Shown here: positions 24,245 through 32,000 of the stretch, piece after piece
Layout of the letters: every line of letters begins with the position of its first letter
Numbering within the stretch: position 1 is the stretch's first letter
Sequence record: DF238763.1
DNA length: 32,000 nt
Reading direction: 5' to 3' (one strand)
The notes under the pieces: generated by a model
The model's database searches: none
What the model saw: the letters and a program-made list of their open reading frames with translations, nothing else
What the model was told of the DNA's origin: nothing
Translations under genes and position numbers: made by a program

Positions 24245-24495
24245 GACTTTGTGATTGAACGGGTTTCCTGCTGATTGACCTACTTGAAAAGGCTTTTTTA
24301 CTAAAAACCTGAGCGTTTGTACGACTCTAGAGAGTATCCTTTTCTTTTAAAAGGAGAAAAAAACAGAAGAGTAACGGCTTTCTACCTGCAAGGATCTCGT
24401 TTGGTGACCAAGCAAAGAAAGTTTTCACCCTCTTTTTTCCTCCTTTATGAGGTGTTCCCAGCATATAGCAGAATTATGAGGCATACATTTATTTT

Positions 24496-24506
24496 ACCTC
24501 TGGATG
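24496..24506 (-). CDS. cox1: cox1 11-nt micro-exon CATCCAGAGGT (H P E V-)
   Basis: This is the only sequence between the two flanking intron cores that supplies HPEV. It is preceded by G (intron end) and ends in T. Confidence 0.6.
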
Positions 24507-26290
24507 CTTTCATTCATTTGAGAATGAGATTGGACTCTATCTTCTTGCTCTTTTTAAATCGTATACGTCTATTCTTATGAGATATATAGTTGGGATTGGT
24601 AGTCTTACTCCCCTTTGGGAGGAACAAAACAGGGGGCAACAGCTCCATCAGTGGCTGCGTTCCATCTTCTGGGAAACGTTTCAAAGTTTAAAGAGTTGCT
24701 TAGAGAACTCAAGCAAGACAAAAAAAAGCGTGAACACTTTTTTATAGGCTTCGCTAAGGGGCGCTATACACTTATTGACTTGTTCTCTCATGAAACGCTT
24801 TGAGTTGTTTGAAAAATTGTACCTTGCGCAAAAGATCAATATGATCCTTTCTTTGCTTTAATAGGTATAACCTCTTAAAGCGCACAAGATCAATAGCCTT
24901 GATTGATTGAAGAGGAAATTGGGCAAAATAGTGAAACCATCTTTTAAGGTCTTGTTGTGAGCTTGCTGTGTACAAATAGCCTTTCCAACTACTGTCATAA
25001 TAAACATGTCCACCAAAACAACTGACCAGGTATAGTAAAACATCCGGCGTCTTCTGTGCGCAAGCAATGCTAAATTGAAGCGTTTTTTTATTGATATGAA
25101 AATATCCCTCTGCCTCAAAAAAACCAGTAGGCCAATAATTGTGCACAGAAAGAGAGGAGTCGTTTCACACTTTTGAATCATGTGAATTTGATTGGGGCTA
25201 GCGGCATCCATTTCATTCAAAAAAATCTCTTTTTTGATTTCATTCCACTCCCGGGGAAGAGTGATTTCATTGATTTTCTTCTCCAAAGAGGGGTCGAACG
25301 AAAATGGGAGCGGCAATCCTGTCGGTTTTGAAGTTGACGACGCAAGTGGGTCAGGGTTTAAGCTCTCTACCCCTTTTCGAATTCGCTCTCCTTGATTGGT
25401 ATACTTGCCTAAGCTATTGCAAACATTTTGAAATTGCTCTTGTCTCTTGCGTAATAGTAGCTTTCCATTGATATGGTCTACCAATTTTTCCATACCAACT
25501 CGATTATGTAAACGCCATCGGTAAGCAGCTATATTCTTTCTTAAAGTTATACTGCCACCAAGATGCTCTTTTACTCGCGATAATATGCTAAGCTCCCTAA
25601 TCCCTACAGGAATCTCACAACAAGTATACCCTTTCTTGGACACACCAAGCCAGCCATCACCATCAATTAAACCAGCTAACCAGTAAGAAAAATGAATTTT
25701 ATTTCGAATGTTTTTTCGAGAACGCTTTATATTCATAGTAGACATCAATTCTAAAAAAAGAGCAAGCAGCACGTATAGTCTCTGAGGATCCTATTTTATT
25801 GTGTGTTCTCAATACAAGGACACATTTTTTTGAAAAAGTTTCCTGCTGATTGGGTCATTATTTTCGAAGATAACAAAACTTTTCAAAAGGATGGAGGAAC
25901 TGTAGCCGCTACTGAGAAAAAAAAAGAGAGGCGATGAGCAATATTCAGTGGTATGCAGTAGGTAACAAACGTTCCATCAGCAGGGTAGAGGACGTATGAA
26001 AGAATGCCGATTCCCCAAGAGTCCCATTGTGTAATACTCCCCATTGCCCTCTCCACCGCTCTTTTTTTTGAAACAAGGGAAACAGCACAATAATACTCTC
26101 ATCCTCTTTTTTTTTGTATCAAAAATTCTCGAAAAAAGAGAAGATATTTTCACTGAAAAGGACTCTTGAACTCGGCTAGAGATAGCCAAGCTGAGTACTT
26201 ACATTTCGAGTAGTCTTCTGTTTTCAACCGTTCCAGCATATAGTGCTGTTATAACAATCTAAGTTACCTTAGAGAGCGGCCATCCATGAG
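24507..26290 (-). mobile_element. Group I intron in cox1 with a disrupted ORF
   Basis: On the minus strand: Q AATCAGCAGGAAAC (25838-25852), R GGATCCTCAGAGACT (25777-25791), S AAGATAGAGTCC (24532-24543). The intron ends in G at 24507. Confidence 0.75.
24772..25745 (-). pseudogene. LAGLIDADG homing endonuclease, frameshifted between its two domains at a repeat insertion
   Basis: Domain 1 (WLAGLIDGDGWLGV) lies in ORF 24858..25772 and domain 2 (TGFFEAEGYFHI) in the other frame, ORF 24772..25146. A family B element at about 25195-25270 sits at the junction. Confidence 0.75.
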
Positions 26291-26301
26291 ACCAAAGAAC
26301 C
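26291..26301 (-). CDS. cox1: cox1 11-nt micro-exon GGTTCTTTGGT (-W F F G)
   Basis: It follows an intron-terminal G at 26302 and ends in T. Joined with neighbouring exons it restores HLFWFFGHPEVYIL. Confidence 0.6.
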
Positions 26302-27824
26302 CGTAAACCTAAAATCTTACCTACTCACAGCAAGATCCCTTCTATGTGTAGAATGTGTTCCTCTTCTAAAGAAGAATGTTTTGAAGAACAAATTGAAACA
26401 TAGATTGTGAGACATTTTTCCTAAACAAAATTGTCCTAGGCTACCGACTATACATCAAGCAAAAAACAATGACTCCATTGTTTTTACCCATTTCTGACCT
26501 AGTCTGTCGCGAACTTTATCATTCAATTTTGAAAATGTCAAACTGAAAAAAGAAAAGCCCGACGGTCTTTTCTAACTTATTACTAAGTCGAGATGAATTG
26601 ACCGTTTTCAGAAATGTCGCCCTAACTGTTATTAAGGTTTTATTTTTTTGAAACAAAATATTAAAGCAGTGTTACCATATCCCCGTCGGGATCGGCGGGT
26701 TGCAAAAAAATTCTTCAACCCGGGACTAGGAGTGAGGTATCATGGTAAACCGTAACCATTAATTACTCAACATAGTTTTGAATCTTTTTTTGCTTTCTTG
26801 CATCTACTATGTTGATTCCAAAGAAAGATTCACATTGATCTTTCTTTACCGCTCCTGTTTTTCCTTCAATTTGTTCCCTATTTACTTTTTCGTCGAATGG
26901 AATTAACACTTTGACTATACATTAATAATCCTGTTCGAGTCTGTTCATCTAAGTGCAAACCTTGTTTTATTTTAGCGTTCAACTCCTTAAAGGCTAGATA
27001 GCTTTCCTTTTTTGTACTCAGAAAATATGACAAGTTATTATCAAAATAATGGTAAATCTTGAATACATTTTTTAGCCCGGAGACCACAAAGCTGTAATTG
27101 TCTTTTTGTGAATGGCCTTCAACTTTACCAGTGTTAAATAACAAAATAAGATTACTTAACACAGGTAAATTAACATCTCCTTTTTGAGAGATGATAAATC
27201 TTGTTCGGTATGCCTTTGAATTGCTTAAGAAACTGATGGTAAAGCAACCTTCTGCTTCTGTAAACCCCAATAACCACTGATCTTCCAAGGACGGCAAAAC
27301 AGATGATGCTCGGTATTCTATTTGTTTAGACTCTTTGAGAGAAAAATCGTTTTCTGAGGAAGCAGAGCAGGGGGCGCTAGCCCCACTAGTGATCTTATTC
27401 TTAGCATTAAAGGCATTCACGAAACGAGCGAATTGAGCTTTACGCGAAGGCAGAACTATATTTCCATTAAATAAGTGTATAAGTAATTCAATATGCTCTC
27501 TTTTGTAGACAACAAACCTATACACTCTTTTTCCTTGTGCGATTACGCTCCCCATATTCAAGATAGTTTGAACGTACCTTAAGACTGACACGTTCTGGCA
27601 CCCTTGTGTAATGATAAATGAGAGTTCTTGTCTGTGATTGACACAAAAGCAACCATCACCTTCTGTAAAGCCAATCAGCCATGATAAAAAAGGTTCAGAG
27701 CTCCAATCCCCTTCGGGGAGTGGCTCTTCGCTCTTCTGAGAATTTGTTAACAAAGAGTTTTCACAAAATTCTTTTTTGTGAATGTCTTTCCATCTAGTAG
27801 TAAAAGGTATAAAATTGAAACTTG
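26302..27824 (-). mobile_element. Group I intron in cox1, with its ORF fused to the upstream exon
   Basis: On the minus strand: R GTTCGCGACAGACTAGGTC (26496-26514) and S GATGTATAGTCG (26445-26456). The 5' exon ends in T and the intron ends in G. Confidence 0.78.
26878..27824 (-). CDS. Double-motif LAGLIDADG homing endonuclease (in frame with the cox1 exon) with in-frame hairpin-repeat insertions
   Basis: Motifs [14 protein letters not shown] and [14 protein letters not shown]. Repeat-derived segments are [12 protein letters not shown] (about 27698-27733) and [10 protein letters not shown] (about 27367-27391). Confidence 0.82.
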
Positions 27825-28147
27825 AAAAAAGATGCTGAAATAGGATAGGATCACCCCCTCCTGCAGGATCAAAGAAAGTGGTGTTAAAGTTTCGATCAGT
27901 TAATAGCATGGTGATCGCGCCTGCAAGCACTGGTAGCGAAAGTAGCAGTAAGAATGCAGTCACAAGAACAGACCACGCAAACAGAGGAAGACGGTGCATA
28001 GTCATCCCAGGGCCACGCATATTCCAAATAGTTGTAATAAAGTTAATAGACCCTAAGATCGAAGACACCCCGGATAAATGAAGCGCAAAAATACCTAAGT
28101 CTACCGCGCCACCTGAGTGACTTGTTATAGAACTTAGGGGAGGATAT
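27825..28147 (-). CDS. cox1: cox1 exon ((V)[107 protein letters not shown])
   Basis: Direct translation. The exon extends 79 nt upstream of the ORF-track start. Confidence 0.9.
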
Positions 28148-28566
28148 CGTGATTGTTGCTAGCCACATGGGTTTGACTCTTTTTTAGGGGGTGAATTCAC
28201 ACATTTTTTAGAAAGTGTTGTATGCAGTAAGGGGCAACAGCCCCATTTGCCTAGCCACCCCCCAATAGGGAGTTTATATTTGTCGTTCTTAAAGGTCAAA
28301 ACGGAAGGCTAGTGCCATACGCTTTGACCTGCATCTCTAATGAAATGTCAAATTGAGAACGAGTCACGCACTCTCGCTAGGCTCTAGCGCTCTCGCACTA
28401 GATCGGACTATTCCTTGTACACAAACAGAATATGGTAGAGCAAAGAGCGCAAATTTTTTGATAGAGGGTATGAGCAATTGAAGCAATGAAAGACTTAGTA
28501 AAAGAACAGCAAAAGAGCACAGGAAAAGGTTCTAACCCCTTTCTCTTCGCTCCAATCGCCTTCGGG

Positions 28567-28815
28567 GAGCGAAGAGCCACACTTTCAAAAAGTGTGGAGC
28601 GAAGAGCCACACTTTCAAAAAGTGTGGAGCGAAGAGCCACACTTTCAAAAAGTGTGGAGCGAAGAGCCACACTTTCAAAAAGTGTGGAGCGAAGAGCCAC
28701 ACTTTCAAAAAGTGTGGAGCGAAGAGCCACACTTTCAAAAAGTGTGGAGCGAAGAGCCACACTTTCAAAAAGTGTGGAGCGAAGAGCCACACTTTCAAAA
28801 AGTGTGGAGCGAAGA
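28567..28815. repeat. Perfect 30-bp tandem repeat, about 8.3 copies (gagcgaagagccacactttcaaaaagtgtg)
   Basis: Eight identical units start at 28567, 28597, ... 28777, plus a partial unit. Each holds the hairpin ccacacttt-caaaa-agtgtgg. Confidence 0.97.
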
Positions 28816-28924
28816 TAAAAAAAAAACTTTTTTTTCAGCGAAGATCCCCGAAGGCGATTGGAGCGTAGAGAAAAAAAAACTTTTTTTTTCAGCGAAGCAG
28901 GGGGCAATAGCCCCATTAGTGGCT
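28806..28924. repeat. Composite repeat of about 119 bp, near-identical to 9849-9968
   Basis: ggagcgaagat-A/T palindrome-cagcgaagatccccgaagg(c/g)gattggagcgtagag-A/T palindrome-cagcgaagcagggggcaa(t/c)agccccatt(a/c)gtggct. I saw about four differences by eye. Confidence 0.9.
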
Positions 28925-30146
28925 ATTCGCTCTTCTCTGTATGAATTGGCAGTAACGCTCTATAAGATCGTAACTTTCTCATCTGTGCTTGAATCTTAGC
29001 CAATCGTTCAGAGTCTCCTTTGTGATTGAGAGCGCTCTGCCAAATGCGGAATTCAACCGCTTTCATCCCTCGAATCTTGCCACAAAGGAGCTTAGAAATA
29101 GACTGGATCGCTCGGTTATTTGTTGTATCTAAAGACCAAAAAGAAGAGCCGCTCTTTGGAATTACCCGATGCTTGATTTGTTGCTTGATCCGCAATCGAG
29201 CACGAATAGCCTTTAAAACAAAAAGGCTGTTCTTTTGGGTGATCCCATATCCGTGACAAAAGCGCTGATTATGCCGATCTTTGCAAACAATATAGAAAGA
29301 GACATCTGCTTCTGTAAAACCGCTAAGCCAATAAGGTGTAATAAGCTTGCAAGCCTCATCATAGCGTAAGCTTGAAAATTGATCATCCTTCAATTCTTTT
29401 ATGCGGCTCTTGCCTAAAGCTTTCTCCCACACAGGTGGTAGATTCTTTGGATCCTGCGACTTTTTCGATTGGTAGATTTGAACAAGTTGAGCTTCTTTTT
29501 CGTCTGAGTCAAGCAAATGATTTTCTAAAACTTTGTATGCCTCTTTCACCCTTAAAAAATCAAAGTGCTTTGCACTGATCATAGGAAAGCGATCAAAGAT
29601 AGGAAAGATATGACTTGAGAGATGCGCTCGATTTCTAATACGATATTGAATCATATTTGAAGAGCTATCAAAGCCTATAGTCCCTATTCCCAATTGGGTC
29701 TTTATAGAAGCTAGAGCTCGGTAATTATAAGATGATAACGCAATTTTCAATCCAAGCACCCACTTCAAATGAGGAGCCTTTTCTGTAAGCGATGTAGAGT
29801 CATTTTGTTTATGAAACACAGTTACTGATGAGGATGTTGCCCCCTGCTTCGCCCCCCCTAAAGGGGAGTGGAACACAGCAGCGGGCAATAGCCCCGTCGA
29901 CTCACCTTCTTTTCTTCGTTTCACTCTTGCCTCTTTTTTTCTTTTTTGCTCTCCCTTTTGCTTGAGAATTTGGCGCTCAATAAAAAAGCTTCCATCTCCT
30001 TCGGTGATGCCAACGAGCCATTCATAAAACTGAAAATGAGAGAAGGGCAATGGGCAATTCCATTCAAAAGAGGAAGAGTCGCTCTCTTGTCTCGAGTTTG
30101 TAGTGTTTTCATCGAGTTTATAACCGTTGTTCGTGTTTTGAACCAT
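28923..30146 (-). CDS. LAGLIDADG-type intron ORF; the second motif is degenerate and a repeat-derived insertion is present
   Basis: Motifs WLVGITEGDGSFFI and WLSGFTEADVSFYI (G to V in the second). The segment GLLPAAVFHSPLGGAKQGATSSS is encoded by hairpin repeats at about 29836-29900. The first ATG is at 30146; the ORF-track start at 30200 is TTG and overlaps the R element. Confidence 0.75.
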   Translation of the reverse strand: MVQNTNNGYKLDENTTNSRQESDSSSFEWNCPLPFSHFQFYEWLVGITEGDGSFFIERQILKQKGEQKRKKEARVKRRKEGESTGLLPAAVFHSPLGGAKQGATSSSVTVFHKQNDSTSLTEKAPHLKWVLGLKIALSSYNYRALASIKTQLGIGTIGFDSSSNMIQYRIRNRAHLSSHIFPIFDRFPMISAKHFDFLRVKEAYKVLENHLLDSDEKEAQLVQIYQSKKSQDPKNLPPVWEKALGKSRIKELKDDQFSSLRYDEACKLITPYWLSGFTEADVSFYIVCKDRHNQRFCHGYGITQKNSLFVLKAIRARLRIKQQIKHRVIPKSGSSFWSLDTTNNRAIQSISKLLCGKIRGMKAVEFRIWQSALNHKGDSERLAKIQAQMRKLRSYRALLPIHTEKSE

Positions 30147-30457
30147 TTGGATCTGTTTATGTACCTCCACGTGTAGTCTCTGATGGCTCTCTGCTTTCAA
30201 AAAAGGGGAGAGCCAGGCACGTTATCCCCCTGTTGGGCACATTTTTACGTAAGGTTGTTCGACAAGGAGCAAAAAAGCCATTTGCGCTTGAGTGATAGGC
30301 TGGGTGAGCACCTACGGTTTTGCACCTTTCTTTTTTTTTGAAACCGGAGCGCTGTACCCTGTTCGCGTACCCTCTATACCTATAGTAGTGCCCTTCATGC
30401 TTAGTCGAGCAGGAGGGAGCTTATTAAGCTTGTCTTACTCGTCTTTGAGCTGATTCA

Positions 30458-32000
<1,543 letters not shown>

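Larger units (their letters stand above)
22512..24495 (-). mobile_element. Group I intron in cox1, with its ORF between the R and S core elements
   Basis: On the minus strand: Q AATCAGCAGGAAAC (24263-24277), R GGATCCTCAGAGACT (24056-24070), S AAGATACAGTCC (23045-23056). The intron ends in G. Confidence 0.8.

Noticed and set aside
28567-28815. Regular 30-bp repeats that could be mistaken for a CRISPR array
   Set aside because: The units are directly adjacent with no spacers, and the context is an organellar intron. This is a plain tandem repeat.
28398-28999. ORFs 28398..28916, 28486..28818, 28532..28798 and 28592..28999
   Set aside because: Same artefact, caused by the 8-copy 30-mer array. 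They overlap each other in multiple frames and on both strands.

Overview
This window reads as mitochondrial DNA from the green/streptophyte lineage. I infer that from memory of the plant-type NAD4, NAD5 and COX1 sequences; no search was possible, and the species cannot be named. TGA is used as a stop, so the code is standard. Recognisable genes, left to right: trnM/I(CAU), nad4, nad5, trnF, rps2, ccmB, ccmC, trnH, tatC, trnS, nad4L, sdh4, sdh3, trnP, trnR, trnY, trnG, then the 3' two thirds of cox1. All are on the minus strand except rps2-ccmB. cox1 occupies the right half (16.8 kb to the window end). It is split into at least 7 exons by six group I introns, each with a LAGLIDADG ORF, and one group II intron with an RT-maturase-HNH ORF. 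Two of the exons are only 11 nt long. Spacers and introns are full of short GC-rich hairpin repeats from a few families, including perfect 30-bp tandem arrays and a roughly 220-bp inverted tandem array. Several repeat copies sit inside intron ORFs. The least expected element is at the far left: a frameshifted ORF with Rep_trans-like replication-initiator motifs, followed by four direct GATAGTCT repeats. This may be an integrated plasmid or phage-like remnant. Most other ORFs in the six-frame track are repeat-derived, antisense or tRNA-overlapping artefacts.
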